This document shows positions 28,664-39,010 of a stretch of DNA of 58,896 bases, in pieces. Within the stretch, counting starts at the first letter, position 1. Each line of letters opens with the position of its first letter. Both the position numbers and the translations under genes were made by a program. This stretch comes from Lentisphaerota bacterium (GTDB taxonomy: Bacteria; Verrucomicrobiota; Lentisphaeria; Victivallales; UBA1829). The stretch spans positions 1 through 58,896 of the forward strand of contig SUWI01000003.1 in NCBI GenBank assembly GCA_015061565.1. Direction: 5' to 3'. The notes under the pieces are model-generated. The model did not search any database. It was given only the letters and a program-made list of their open reading frames with translations, and was not told where the DNA came from.

Positions 28664-30058
28664 TCACATCAGCTGATCCAGGGACTGACGCCACACCGGA
28701 TCGATATCCGTGTAAATGTCAAACATTTTCCGGAAAAATTCTTTCCGTTTTTTCGTGAAACGGTTGCATGGATATGCCTCCAGGGCCGCGGCAAAAAGTT
28801 TCGGGTCGTGCGTCCCGAGCGCCTCCGCATTCAAGGTCTGGAACTCCGAAAGCGAGGCGATCAAACCGCGGAAGGGCGAGGGTATATACTGATTTTCAAC
28901 CGGAGTGATGGTGTCTTTGTAGATGTCCATGGTATATTCGCAGGCCGCATTCTCCGGCAGTCCGGCGATCACCCCATAATTCGGACGGCTGGCAACGATC
29001 CGCATTTTTTCGAATCCGGCAAGCGCCTTGAGGATCGGAATGGAGATGTCGGTGATGGTCCGTCCCGTCGGAAAGCCGGCGTATTCCGCCTGATTCCAGT
29101 CGACCTGTTCCGGATTGCCGGATAGCCGGATAAAATCGGCAAAACGCTTTTCGATCGCGCCCAGACTGCTCCGGCGGATCTTTTCGGGGTCGAAGCCCCC
29201 GCTGACATCGGCGAGCCGCCGCCGCATCACATCCGTGCTTTCCGGAATGATATGCGCCATCCCGTCGTATTCCGTGGAAAAGATCATGGTCCCGTATTTC
29301 CGATACATGTCGTAAAGGCTGCGGACCGCGATTTCGAGCAGTGTCTTGCCGTCGCCGGTCTGGGGAAAATCCATTATTTTCCAGGAATCGGTGAGCGTCC
29401 GCGGCAGCAGTGAACCGAAAAGGTCTTCTCCCTTGTATTCTCCGCGCAGGATGAAGGACAGGTGGTTGACTCCGGCGGCCACGACATTCCATTCGGGGTC
29501 ATATTCGTTCCGGCCGAAACAGAGCCGGGTAAGATCATGGCGGTGGTTGCTGAAACCGCCGCAGATCCCCAGCGCCCGGATCTTCGTGAAACGGTTGACC
29601 ATGCAGCTGTAAACGGCGACCGGATTCGGGAAAATCAGCATCAGTGCATCCGGACTGGATTTTTCCAGTTTCCGGGCAAGCGAAAGGATGGTTCCGCCCA
29701 GCCGCAGGGAAAGGAACGCTCCCATGATGGACAACTGGTCGGATGCGATATAATCGTATTCCTTTCCCAAAATACAGGACTGCGTCTGTGACGGTTCGCG
29801 GACCGCGGCCATCGTCAGATAAAGCACATCGACCCCGTCAAGACCTTCGTCGGGATCGGACGTTACGGTGATTTTGCATTTGACGTTCTGATATTCCGGG
29901 CAGGCGGCGGTCATCCGGGCCACTGCCTCCGCACGTTCGCGCTTCAAGTCGATCAGGCGGATCTCTCCATCCCGAAAAACTTCCGGAGTCTTATGAAAAA
30001 TACCTCTGAAGATGGGCAGCAGACGCAGCGAACCGCCGCCGATAAATGCAGCTTTCAT
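28664..30058 (-). CDS. Family 4 glycoside hydrolase (NAD+/Mn-dependent), divergent
   Basis: Rossmann 'FIGGGS', 'PNP', 'GIC' and 'AGVNH', plus C-terminal 'N.G.I..LP..A..E'. Confidence 0.85.
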   Translation of the reverse strand: MKAAFIGGGSLRLLPIFRGIFHKTPEVFRDGEIRLIDLKRERAEAVARMTAACPEYQNVKCKITVTSDPDEGLDGVDVLYLTMAAVREPSQTQSCILGKEYDYIASDQLSIMGAFLSLRLGGTILSLARKLEKSSPDALMLIFPNPVAVYSCMVNRFTKIRALGICGGFSNHRHDLTRLCFGRNEYDPEWNVVAAGVNHLSFILRGEYKGEDLFGSLLPRTLTDSWKIMDFPQTGDGKTLLEIAVRSLYDMYRKYGTMIFSTEYDGMAHIIPESTDVMRRRLADVSGGFDPEKIRRSSLGAIEKRFADFIRLSGNPEQVDWNQAEYAGFPTGRTITDISIPILKALAGFEKMRIVASRPNYGVIAGLPENAACEYTMDIYKDTITPVENQYIPSPFRGLIASLSEFQTLNAEALGTHDPKLFAAALEAYPCNRFTKKRKEFFRKMFDIYTDIDPVWRQSLDQLM

Positions 30059-30216
30059 GACGAAAATTCCTTTAAATCCAAGTTCGATATTTTAGCAGCA
30101 TGATACTAATATACCTTGCTTTTTCCGATTGTCAATCCGGACCCGGACCTTCCGGAAAGTTTTTCCCCTCGGCAATCTTCACGTACGCTACACCCGATGC
30201 CGGAAAAATGTTCGGA

Positions 30217-31101
30217 TCACAGACCCAGGACGCGGATCGCGTTTTCGCGCGCGATCTTCTGGAAGACCGTTTCGCTGATTTTGCCTTCCCTCCTGAGATC
30301 GAGCAGGAAGTCGACCAGCGGCGTGGCCAGCCGGTCCGGACGGCAGATGTCGGTCCCGAAGAACAGCCGGTCCTGGAATTCGTTCAGGAACTTCACCGCA
30401 TATTCCGGATCGCGTTTGAGCGCGTTGCAGCCGGAACCCGCGGACAGGTCGCCGCAGAGATTTTCATAGGTGCGCATCAGGTGCGGGACCGCGCCTTCTT
30501 CCGTGATTGGTCCTTTGGGATAGCCGAGCCGGTCGTTCAAGGTCGGTCCTGAGGCCATTTCGGCCCAGAAGGTCTGGCTGTGGCCCAGAAACCGGAGTTT
30601 CGGGAACCGCTGCAGGGACATTTCCAGTCCGGGCAGTCCCGCATTGTCGACCAGTCCGTAAATATTGCCTTCGAAGGGCGCCAGATGGAAAGTGAGCGGC
30701 AGTCCGTTCACTTCCGCCGCATGGAAGAGATTCTGGACGCGCGGATCGAGGATCGGCAGATTGGCCGTGACTTCCCCGATTCCTTTGCAGCCTTTGTCCC
30801 GGTAATAGGCCAGCACCTTGTCGAGCGGCGAGTGGCAGCTGTTGTAAAGGGCGCGCGGGTCGAGGTTGCAGAACGGAATGAACCGGCCGGAAAAGTTCTC
30901 CGCCATCCGCAGGACCTCTTCGTTGGACTGCATGACATGGGTGTTGTCCGGATTCAGCAGCGGCAAAATCACCGCGCGTTCGATGCCGACTTCGTCATAG
31001 CGCCCGATCAGTATTTCCGGCGTGGAGATGATCTGTTTTCCGATGTATGGATCCGGGCAGGTCGGTTCCTGTACGGCGTGGCCGTGGATGTCGATGAACA
31101 T
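30217..31101 (-). CDS. Amidohydrolase family protein
   Basis: 'IDIHGH', 'GIGE', 'FH', 'GH' and 'FGTD' metal-binding motifs. Confidence 0.9.
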   Translation of the reverse strand: MFIDIHGHAVQEPTCPDPYIGKQIISTPEILIGRYDEVGIERAVILPLLNPDNTHVMQSNEEVLRMAENFSGRFIPFCNLDPRALYNSCHSPLDKVLAYYRDKGCKGIGEVTANLPILDPRVQNLFHAAEVNGLPLTFHLAPFEGNIYGLVDNAGLPGLEMSLQRFPKLRFLGHSQTFWAEMASGPTLNDRLGYPKGPITEEGAVPHLMRTYENLCGDLSAGSGCNALKRDPEYAVKFLNEFQDRLFFGTDICRPDRLATPLVDFLLDLRREGKISETVFQKIARENAIRVLGL

Positions 31102-31113
31102 GGCAAAAACTCC

Positions 31114-31470
31114 TCAATAGACAATGACCACGGCGAGGTAGACGCACGGTTCCGGTCCAACGCATTCCATGGCATGTTCTTCCCCGGAACGGCAGATCGT
31201 CGCATCGCCGGGACCGAGCTCGATCCATTCGCCGTTGTCCAGCGTTCGGACATGCCCCGACAGGATGTAGTAGATCTCCTCCTCGCCTTGATGACCGTGC
31301 TTGCCGACCGAACAGCCCGGCGCCAGCGTGAGACGTGAAAACTGCCGGCACCCGGAATGCATTTCCTCATCGGAATTCTTTTTCCAGATATGTTCGAAAC
31401 GGACCGATCCGGTCCCGCCCTTCATCTTCTCCCGGATCTCGACCGGGTATTGGTCATTGAAACGGTGCAT
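31114..31470 (-). CDS. Cupin domain protein
   Basis: 'HGHQGEEEIYYILSG...GD......GEEH'. Confidence 0.9.
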   Translation of the reverse strand: MHRFNDQYPVEIREKMKGGTGSVRFEHIWKKNSDEEMHSGCRQFSRLTLAPGCSVGKHGHQGEEEIYYILSGHVRTLDNGEWIELGPGDATICRSGEEHAMECVGPEPCVYLAVVIVY

Positions 31471-31488
31471 GACAAAACTCCTGTCGCA

Positions 31489-33405
31489 TCAAACCAGTTT
31501 GAAAACGATCGGCAGGCTCGGGAGCAATGCTTCCTGAATGTAAATGCCCCCGTTTTCCGTCCGGCAGGCGGCATCTTTCCATTGGCCATCGGCCGCCAGG
31601 ACTTTGATGCCGGCCGGCGCTTTTTTGCAGATGAGGGGGATCTCCTTCATCGCATCGTAGCTCAGGTTGATGAGCGCGGCCAGGATCTCCCCGCCGGGCA
31701 GTTCGCCGCAGCGGAACATGATGTCCTGGTCTTCCGGACATTTGACCGGGATGTCCGCCGTCTGGTCACAGACCTTTTCCAGCCAGAGCTTGCGGGCGGG
31801 ATCGAGCGTGTAGTAATTGCCGGAGATTGGTTCGCACCAGACAAACACGAGCTTGCCGTTCTTGTTGCGGTAGCGGGTCATGCCCGGGGCAATGTATTTG
31901 ATCTCGGGCGAGCCGGCGAAAGCGGGCTTGACCAGTTCGGTGACGTTTTCCGCGCCTTCGGCGGGGATCAGCAGCCGCGTCCTCGGGGTGATGAGATGGC
32001 GCATTTTGAGCGTGCTGCCGACTTCGCGTTCGAATGAGAAATGCGGCACGGTTCCGAGCGTGACGCCGAGATATTCGCCGTAGCCGCGGTCTATGAGCAT
32101 CTGGGCGGAGACCGCGTCGAGAATCAGGTTCTTTTTGACTATCTGATCCAGTTCGGCATCGGTGAAATGCTTGACCATGTCGGCGCCCAGCATGAAACAT
32201 TCCGCTTCGGGATCGCCGGGCTCGCGGAACGAGAAGGAAATTCCGAGTTCGCCGAGCACGGAGCAGAACCATTCCGGCGTCGTGAAATAATCGGGATATT
32301 CCAGCGGCGTGAACTCTTTTTCCAGATTGACCAGCGGAACGGAAACGCCTTTCCACCGGATGCCTTCGACCGCCCTGGTGAGTTCATCATAGAAAGGCAT
32401 ATATTCCTTCATCTGTTTTTCGTAACGGACGTTTTCATGTCCCTGCGCGAAGTTGATGAAGTTTTCGATCCAGGTTTTCGAGCCTTTGAGGCCGCTCAGG
32501 ATGGCATTGGTCAGATGGGTATGGAGCCCGGCGCAGGTCTGGCTGTAGCGGTGATGCGGATAGGTATCGGATTCATCGAGGATGAATTTGACGCTGCCGC
32601 AGGCCTTTTTCATCAGGGCGGTCTTGTAAACGTTCTGCGGATAGTTGAGGGCGAAACAGCGGCCGTAGAAAGCGTTGCCGACCCGGATGAACGGTTCCGT
32701 GTTCGGTCCGGCGGCGGCGAGCGCCATGCGTTCGAACATCAGGTGTTCGCGGCCGGGTCCGGAGATCCCGCAGGGAATCGTCGGATCCACGCTGTCGATC
32801 GCCTTGCGGATGCGGGCACAGAACGCTTCGAGGGAATCGCGCCGGACTTTTTCGAACTCGATCATGATCGGATCGTCTTTTTTGGCATGCGTGACGAGTT
32901 CGATCAGTTCTTCCTGCGTATATTTTTTGGAGAATTTGGCGCGGTGCAGCGGACAGAAGCATTCGAGCTTGTCATTGTCGAGCAGCCGGGTGTCGTCGTC
33001 GAGCAGGAAAGTCACCGGCTTGAGCGCGGCCAGTCCCTTGACGGCGAATTCGCAGTATTTCAGGAAGTCTTCACCCAGCGGGCACATTCTGCCCTTGGTC
33101 GTTCCGGTGTGGTTGATCGTGGGCTGGAAGAGATGCACGGAAGGCGAAGAGGAACTCCAGCCGTGTCCGAGGAAAGACTGCAGCAGGATGCCGAGCTCGA
33201 TATCGGAGTCTTTGAGTTCTTCTTTGAGTTCGCCGAACGCCTTGATGAAACTTTTGGGTTTCAGGTAGGGGTCTTCGCCTTCGGGGTTGAGCGTCATGCT
33301 GCAGAGCAGGATCTTCATCCCGGTCGCTTCTCTGTAACGCTGGTATTCCGACGCCATCTTTTTCACGTTGGACGGCATGAACGGCATGATGTTGAAAAAT
33401 TTCAT
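31489..33405 (-). CDS. Uncharacterised glycoside-hydrolase-like (TIM-barrel) protein with no signal peptide
   Basis: 'MCPL', 'LLDDDTRL' and 'DESDTYP', located within a CAZyme cluster. Confidence 0.5.
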   Translation of the reverse strand: MKFFNIMPFMPSNVKKMASEYQRYREATGMKILLCSMTLNPEGEDPYLKPKSFIKAFGELKEELKDSDIELGILLQSFLGHGWSSSSPSVHLFQPTINHTGTTKGRMCPLGEDFLKYCEFAVKGLAALKPVTFLLDDDTRLLDNDKLECFCPLHRAKFSKKYTQEELIELVTHAKKDDPIMIEFEKVRRDSLEAFCARIRKAIDSVDPTIPCGISGPGREHLMFERMALAAAGPNTEPFIRVGNAFYGRCFALNYPQNVYKTALMKKACGSVKFILDESDTYPHHRYSQTCAGLHTHLTNAILSGLKGSKTWIENFINFAQGHENVRYEKQMKEYMPFYDELTRAVEGIRWKGVSVPLVNLEKEFTPLEYPDYFTTPEWFCSVLGELGISFSFREPGDPEAECFMLGADMVKHFTDAELDQIVKKNLILDAVSAQMLIDRGYGEYLGVTLGTVPHFSFEREVGSTLKMRHLITPRTRLLIPAEGAENVTELVKPAFAGSPEIKYIAPGMTRYRNKNGKLVFVWCEPISGNYYTLDPARKLWLEKVCDQTADIPVKCPEDQDIMFRCGELPGGEILAALINLSYDAMKEIPLICKKAPAGIKVLAADGQWKDAACRTENGGIYIQEALLPSLPIVFKLV

Positions 33406-33428
33406 GGTCTTTTTCCTTTGGTTTCGGG

Positions 33429-36400
33429 TTATTTTTCTTCCACTTTGAAATCGTCGAACAGGGTGGTGCAGTCGGGTGTTCCGCCGGCGCCGAGCGTCAC
33501 CAGCACATGGTCGCTCTTGCTCCATTTGCCTTTATCCGGGACAGCGAAAACCAGCGTGATCTTCTGCCATTCGCCGGTGGCGTCGACCGATTTGGAAACC
33601 GGCGGGATCCCGGTGAAAACCTGGCCGGTGCGGGCCTGGATGGCAAGACTGATCTTGCCCTGCTTGACACTTTTCTTCGCCATGACGCTGAAGGTGTAGG
33701 TCTTGCCGGGGATGATCGGATAATCTTTCAGGAAACAGCCGCCGGGTTTCTTGCCGGTTTTCATCTGCAGGGCGCGGGAATTGCCGAGGCCGTCTTGGAG
33801 GACCTGCGAAAATTCCGTGTCATATTTGGAAGTCTTCCAGCTGCCCCACAGTTTGTCCATTTGGTCGAGGACCGGATAGAACGATTGCGGCGGGAAGCCG
33901 ATCATACGGAAATTCCGGGCGGGAATTTTGATCTTGAATTTACCGTTCTTGGTCTTGAGCAGTTTGTGGGTCCGTTCCTCCATGATCTCGAAATCGCCTT
34001 TGGCGAGGGCGGAAAGATCGATTTCCGCGGTCTGCGGCCGGTATTCGCGGTTGCCGATGACCACCAGATATTTCTTGCCGGGGCATTCGAACCAGGTGAC
34101 CAGAACTTTCGGATTCGAACTCTTGATGTCGTGGTTTTCGCTGTAGAGATGGCAGACGGTTTCGGGCGAATCGACTTTGTATTTTTCGAGGATGTTCCAG
34201 TAGGCGATCGTGGTCGGCGCATGGGTGTAGAAACTGCTGGTTTCGACATCGTTGAGCGCGAGCATGGTGAGCATCGCCTCGGTGGGCCCGGGGGTGCGGT
34301 AGATCAGTTTTTTGTCTTCATAATATCCCAGCGCGGGCAGGAACACCACGCCGATGCCGAGGATATCGCGGTTGTATTCGGTCTGATAGATCTCATCGGG
34401 GATCTCGTCGGTGTAGCACCAGAGATTGCGTTTGATGTTCACGGTATGCTGTTCGCCCGGGAACCAGTAATCGGCCATGCCGCACTGGATCGGGTAGAAT
34501 GACCGCTGGCCGTGGCACATCACGGTCCGGCCGTTGCGGTGGGCCAGCGCCACGGTGCGTTCGATGAGCTTGCGCTTGCTCAGCATTTCGTTCGGATAGA
34601 TCTCTTTGCCGAATTTGTCCTTGAACAGGCATTTATGATGTTCGTTGCGGCATTCGACCGAACCGCAGTGGTCGTAATAGATCTCCCCGATACGGTCGCC
34701 GTAAGGATGCTTGTAAAGAACCTGCTGGTTGTTGATGAGATAATCCTGGAAAGAAGTCTTGTTGCAGAACAGCAGCAGCGGATAGCGTTCGACTTTGTAT
34801 TTGCCGTTGCCGAGCGGGATATGGTGCGGCATGAGGCAGACCGTCCCGCGCGGGATGGCCCAGTACTTGCGGAAATACTGGACACAGGGATTTTCCTCCG
34901 TCAGGGCGTTGGCGAGACCGTAGATCGAACGGCTCATCGGCCGGCAGTGCCTGACCCTGACCGCAAAGTCGGTCGGATGGGGCAGGAAGGTGCCGACCCC
35001 GGTCATGCCGCCGTTGCCGCCCGCATCGTGGATCGGATAGTTGTTGCCGCGGCGCATGGCGCGGTTGTGGACCGGCAGCGGGCGGGTCGGAGTGGTGATG
35101 AACAGCACTTCATACGGGACCGCATCGGGCATTTTGACGGATTTCTGAATGATCTTGACTTCACACTTGCCATTGCCGCGGTCGGCGAACAGGATCGGCT
35201 GGCTCTGGTCGAAGATCCAGTTGGCATAATGTTCGGTCGCAAAAGCGAAGCCGCCCTGTTTGGAAACCAGCCAGAGCATGTTTTCCAGACTCGCTGCCTT
35301 GAACTCAAACTTGGTGCGCTTGGTGCTTTGCAGCCGCGGCGCCATGAGATAGCGGCTGAATTCCGGAGCGACCTGCCAGTCGAGCGTCATCTTGCCGATC
35401 GTCGGATTGCCGTTCACGGTCCAGTGGAATTTGATCAGGCCGTCGTATTCCACCGTGGTGGCGTAATCCAGCGTGAAACCGTCCGCCTTGCCGCTGCCGG
35501 TGAAGGTGACCGTCCGGTTGGTATGGGTCGTCTTGCCGGCTTTCCAGCTGATTTCGGCATCGCCGATCCGGAGCTGAGGAGCCTGCACGAACAGTTCTTT
35601 GCCTTTGATGCGGATGGATTCCGGAAGCGGACCGCTGCCGAACTTGTAAACCCGGTTCCAGAGGGTCACGGTCCTTCCTTCCCAGCGGTAATCTTTCCAG
35701 AGCGCGGGCACTTCGTCTTCATCGCCGAGGCCGTTGTAGGCAAAGGAAAGGTCGGGCCGGATGATACTGGCAACGATCTTATGTTTGCCGCCGATCGTGC
35801 TTTCGAGAGTGTATTTGCCCGGCACGGTGATGCCGCCGATCATGCGGCAGCCGCTGTCCTTGAAGGTCCAGGAACCGGTCTGCGTTTTGCCGTCGGGCCC
35901 GGTGAGTCTGTAATCGACTTTCAGCCCGGATTTCTTCATCTTTTCGGCCAGGTCGGCGGGCAGGGCGGCGAAATCGTATTCGACCTCGATCCGGTCGAGC
36001 TTGTCGCCGCGGCCCGTATCCACTCCGTGAAGTTTGACTTCATAATCCTGAATGGCGACCGCTGATTTGTCTTTCAGGATCCGGGCATACTGGTTTTTGA
36101 TCTCGGCGTGGGAAAGTTTGCGGGAATAGACCTTGAAATCATCGATGCCGACACCGTATTTATGCACATCTTCATAGAACTTGCTCTTGATGCCGATGAA
36201 ACCGGATTTGACGTCGATATCGGCGATTTCCCGGTAACTGGCGCCGAGCGAGGCTTCCTGTTTCAGTTCTCCGTTGCGGTAAAGCGCGATCTTGCCGCCG
36301 CCCCAGGTGACCGCGATCTGGCACCATTCGTCCTGCTTGACGCCTTTCATGTTCATCTGGACCCGGCTGCAGGACGGCGCGATGCTGTTGCGGTAATCGA

Positions 36401-36917
36401 AGTAGATATAATCGGCATATTCATAGAGCCTCAGATCGACCTGGCGTTCGCCTTTTTTCCTGCTCTTGTAGCTGTGTCCTTCCGGCGGCTCGATGCCCCA
36501 GGACGGATCTTCGCCGAAAACGATATTGAACAACGCAATGTTGCCGCGTTTGACGCCTTTGGTATCCTTGGTGCCCGGAACATAGTCCGTGGCCTTGTAC
36601 CAGAAGATCACGGTCCCTTTGTTCGGATCGGCATTCCTGAGCAGCGGCAGCTTGAGATTTTCGCCGGGGATCGGCAGATAAGCCTGTCTCCCGTCGAAGC
36701 CGACGAACATGCGCAGCATCAGATTGGTGTCCCGCATCACCGGCGAGAGCTTTTCCCCTTTGGCGAAGTCGGCATTGACTCCGTGCGAGTCGAAAGTCAC
36801 CGCCAGTGAAAGGTCTTTGTCGGCCAGTTTCTGTTTCAGCGGCAGCTGTTCGTATTTCTGCGCCGACGCCAGGACGGACATCAGGCAGAACAACCAGACG
36901 AGACCGATTTTTTTCAT
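33429..36917 (-). CDS. Secreted LamG + DUF6067-like glycoside hydrolase + CBM protein
   Basis: Signal peptide, LamG 'IDDFKVYSRKLS', 'IYYDH' and 'FPGEQ', and a C-terminal CBM4/9-like 'FDDFKVEE'. Confidence 0.65.
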   Translation of the reverse strand: MKKIGLVWLFCLMSVLASAQKYEQLPLKQKLADKDLSLAVTFDSHGVNADFAKGEKLSPVMRDTNLMLRMFVGFDGRQAYLPIPGENLKLPLLRNADPNKGTVIFWYKATDYVPGTKDTKGVKRGNIALFNIVFGEDPSWGIEPPEGHSYKSRKKGERQVDLRLYEYADYIYFDYRNSIAPSCSRVQMNMKGVKQDEWCQIAVTWGGGKIALYRNGELKQEASLGASYREIADIDVKSGFIGIKSKFYEDVHKYGVGIDDFKVYSRKLSHAEIKNQYARILKDKSAVAIQDYEVKLHGVDTGRGDKLDRIEVEYDFAALPADLAEKMKKSGLKVDYRLTGPDGKTQTGSWTFKDSGCRMIGGITVPGKYTLESTIGGKHKIVASIIRPDLSFAYNGLGDEDEVPALWKDYRWEGRTVTLWNRVYKFGSGPLPESIRIKGKELFVQAPQLRIGDAEISWKAGKTTHTNRTVTFTGSGKADGFTLDYATTVEYDGLIKFHWTVNGNPTIGKMTLDWQVAPEFSRYLMAPRLQSTKRTKFEFKAASLENMLWLVSKQGGFAFATEHYANWIFDQSQPILFADRGNGKCEVKIIQKSVKMPDAVPYEVLFITTPTRPLPVHNRAMRRGNNYPIHDAGGNGGMTGVGTFLPHPTDFAVRVRHCRPMSRSIYGLANALTEENPCVQYFRKYWAIPRGTVCLMPHHIPLGNGKYKVERYPLLLFCNKTSFQDYLINNQQVLYKHPYGDRIGEIYYDHCGSVECRNEHHKCLFKDKFGKEIYPNEMLSKRKLIERTVALAHRNGRTVMCHGQRSFYPIQCGMADYWFPGEQHTVNIKRNLWCYTDEIPDEIYQTEYNRDILGIGVVFLPALGYYEDKKLIYRTPGPTEAMLTMLALNDVETSSFYTHAPTTIAYWNILEKYKVDSPETVCHLYSENHDIKSSNPKVLVTWFECPGKKYLVVIGNREYRPQTAEIDLSALAKGDFEIMEERTHKLLKTKNGKFKIKIPARNFRMIGFPPQSFYPVLDQMDKLWGSWKTSKYDTEFSQVLQDGLGNSRALQMKTGKKPGGCFLKDYPIIPGKTYTFSVMAKKSVKQGKISLAIQARTGQVFTGIPPVSKSVDATGEWQKITLVFAVPDKGKWSKSDHVLVTLGAGGTPDCTTLFDDFKVEEK

Positions 36918-37164
36918 GTTCTTTCCCTTCCTTCGTATTTTTGTGTTGTAAAAATCAACGGCATGACATCCCGCACATCAAAACGGACTGTTTCGGCTAA
37001 TATACTTCATCGTTCCGTGATTATCAAGGGAGGGCGCCCGGTTTTTTCCCGCGAAGTTGCCCGGGAAGTATGGTGTCAGTGCCGCCAGGGTAATGCTGCC
37101 GCGGTTGACGGATCCGTCAATCGCGAAAAACCATGCTCCGGGCGGAGCCGATCCTGACCTCGGA

Positions 37165-39000
37165 TCACCGGCCGTGCATCATCATGCAGCAGTGATACAG
37201 GATGTGCGAACTCCAGGCGTGACAGTCCGAACGCGGAAAACAGAACTCTTCCGGCAGGGTTTTCAGCCCGAGATTTTCCAGTTCGCACCATTGCGACAGC
37301 CGCGCCTCGAACATTTCCTTCTGTCCGTATTTCCGGCAGGCTTCCAGATAATAATGCGAGAAATAGATCCCGCAGGAAGTCAGCTTGTCGGCCTGCCGCA
37401 GACCGTCCCACAGCTGCGGCAGGGAATGCGACAGCATCGCCAGCACCTGCGCGTGTTCGGAATAGAACCGGTGTTCTTTGTCGTCCGCGAACAGCTGTTT
37501 TTCCGGCACGTAATAGATCTCCGAGACCTTCCGGAACAGGTTTTCCGATTCGGTCCCGTAATGTTTTTCCTGTTCCGGAGTTCCGGCGAAATGTTCCAGT
37601 TCGGAAAGATCCTTCAGCGCCAGCACGATCAGCAGATTCAGGATCGAATTGGTTCCGCACTCGCTGCCGAAGGGAATGCCGTGCTGCGGCCAGACCCAGT
37701 CGATGAAATTCCAGCCCGGCGGATACAGCAGGCCGTCCTCCTTTTTCGAAGTGAGCAGAAAATCGGCGGCTTTCCGCGCCGCGGGCAGCATTTCACGCAC
37801 GAACTCCCGGTCGGCCCGATGGATCATGAAATCATGCAGCATCAGGATGAAGATCGCCACGAACGACGGGATCGCCTGTTCAACTTTCGCCGGATACCGG
37901 GAAAGCGTGGCGCCGGAATCTTTCTGCGACAGTGCGAAAAAGCGCAGGGCCTTGCGCGCCAGCTTATCGTCGTCCGCCGCCGCATATGCGCACAGCGCCT
38001 CGATCCGGGCGTCGCCGATATACATCAGCCGTTCGTAAAACGGACAATCCATGAAAGAGTCATGGCTGCAGCATTCGAGCGTCCGGGTCGCCATCCGCAG
38101 CGCGCCCCGCCACGGTTCCGGCATTGCTCCGTAATCGAAACGGAACCGATAGGGATAGCCGTGCCGCCGGAACACCATTTTTTCCACTTTTGCACTGCCG
38201 GTGCAGCGGATCTCCGCATAACGGCCCGCGCGCCACTGCAGATCGGTGAAACTCAAACTGCCGTTGACCTCGAAAATATCGAATTTTCCGACCCGGAACG
38301 AACCGTCCCGCCGTCCCTTTTCGCCTTTGAGATTGTGATGATTGAAATTTGAAGTCAGATACCCGGTCTCGCCCCAGCGGATGGACACCGTGCCCTGTCC
38401 CGAAAATTCCCACGACGGCCACACGCATTCATAATCGGCAAAACGGACCAGACCGTCCTCATAGACATAATCCGTGACCTCGTTTTGGAGCAGTTCCGGC
38501 AGGGTCGGTTCATGGAGTTCCCGGCCGTCTTCATAAAATTCCGGAGTCACCCAGCCATCACCGCCGCCCTTGAGCCAGGCGGGATCATACTCGTTTGAAA
38601 CATGGACCCGCGGGAGGCTGCCCCAGTCGGGCCAGGCTTTTTCATAAGCCAGCCCGGTCATTTCGCGGCAGGTCCACCGTCCGGGCAGGGAACAGGCGAA
38701 ACCGGGCCGGATGCTCAACTGATTGGCCGCTGCGTCCGCTCCGAAAGCGAGCACCCGGGCCACGAGCACATGGCGTCCCGGCGTCAGCTGCAGTTTCACT
38801 TTCCCTTTGTACCAGCATTCCGGTGTACCGAGTTCCGGACCGGCGGCGACCAGTTCGCCGTCGGCAAACCATTGGCATTTTTCATCGGCGGTATATTCGA
38901 ACTCGAGACGGCCGGAACCGTCCGGTTCGGCTTCGGTGTGGAACAGCGTGATCCGCGGAGCCGGGCCGTTTTCCGGCAAACGCATCCATTGCAGTTTCAT
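37165..39000 (-). CDS. Alpha-L-rhamnosidase-like (GH78) protein
   Basis: 'MDCPFYERLMYIGD', 'FIDW', 'TLPE' and 'RSDCHAWS'. Confidence 0.85.
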   Translation of the reverse strand: MKLQWMRLPENGPAPRITLFHTEAEPDGSGRLEFEYTADEKCQWFADGELVAAGPELGTPECWYKGKVKLQLTPGRHVLVARVLAFGADAAANQLSIRPGFACSLPGRWTCREMTGLAYEKAWPDWGSLPRVHVSNEYDPAWLKGGGDGWVTPEFYEDGRELHEPTLPELLQNEVTDYVYEDGLVRFADYECVWPSWEFSGQGTVSIRWGETGYLTSNFNHHNLKGEKGRRDGSFRVGKFDIFEVNGSLSFTDLQWRAGRYAEIRCTGSAKVEKMVFRRHGYPYRFRFDYGAMPEPWRGALRMATRTLECCSHDSFMDCPFYERLMYIGDARIEALCAYAAADDDKLARKALRFFALSQKDSGATLSRYPAKVEQAIPSFVAIFILMLHDFMIHRADREFVREMLPAARKAADFLLTSKKEDGLLYPPGWNFIDWVWPQHGIPFGSECGTNSILNLLIVLALKDLSELEHFAGTPEQEKHYGTESENLFRKVSEIYYVPEKQLFADDKEHRFYSEHAQVLAMLSHSLPQLWDGLRQADKLTSCGIYFSHYYLEACRKYGQKEMFEARLSQWCELENLGLKTLPEEFCFPRSDCHAWSSHILYHCCMMMHGR

Positions 39001-39010
39001 GATTCGGTCT

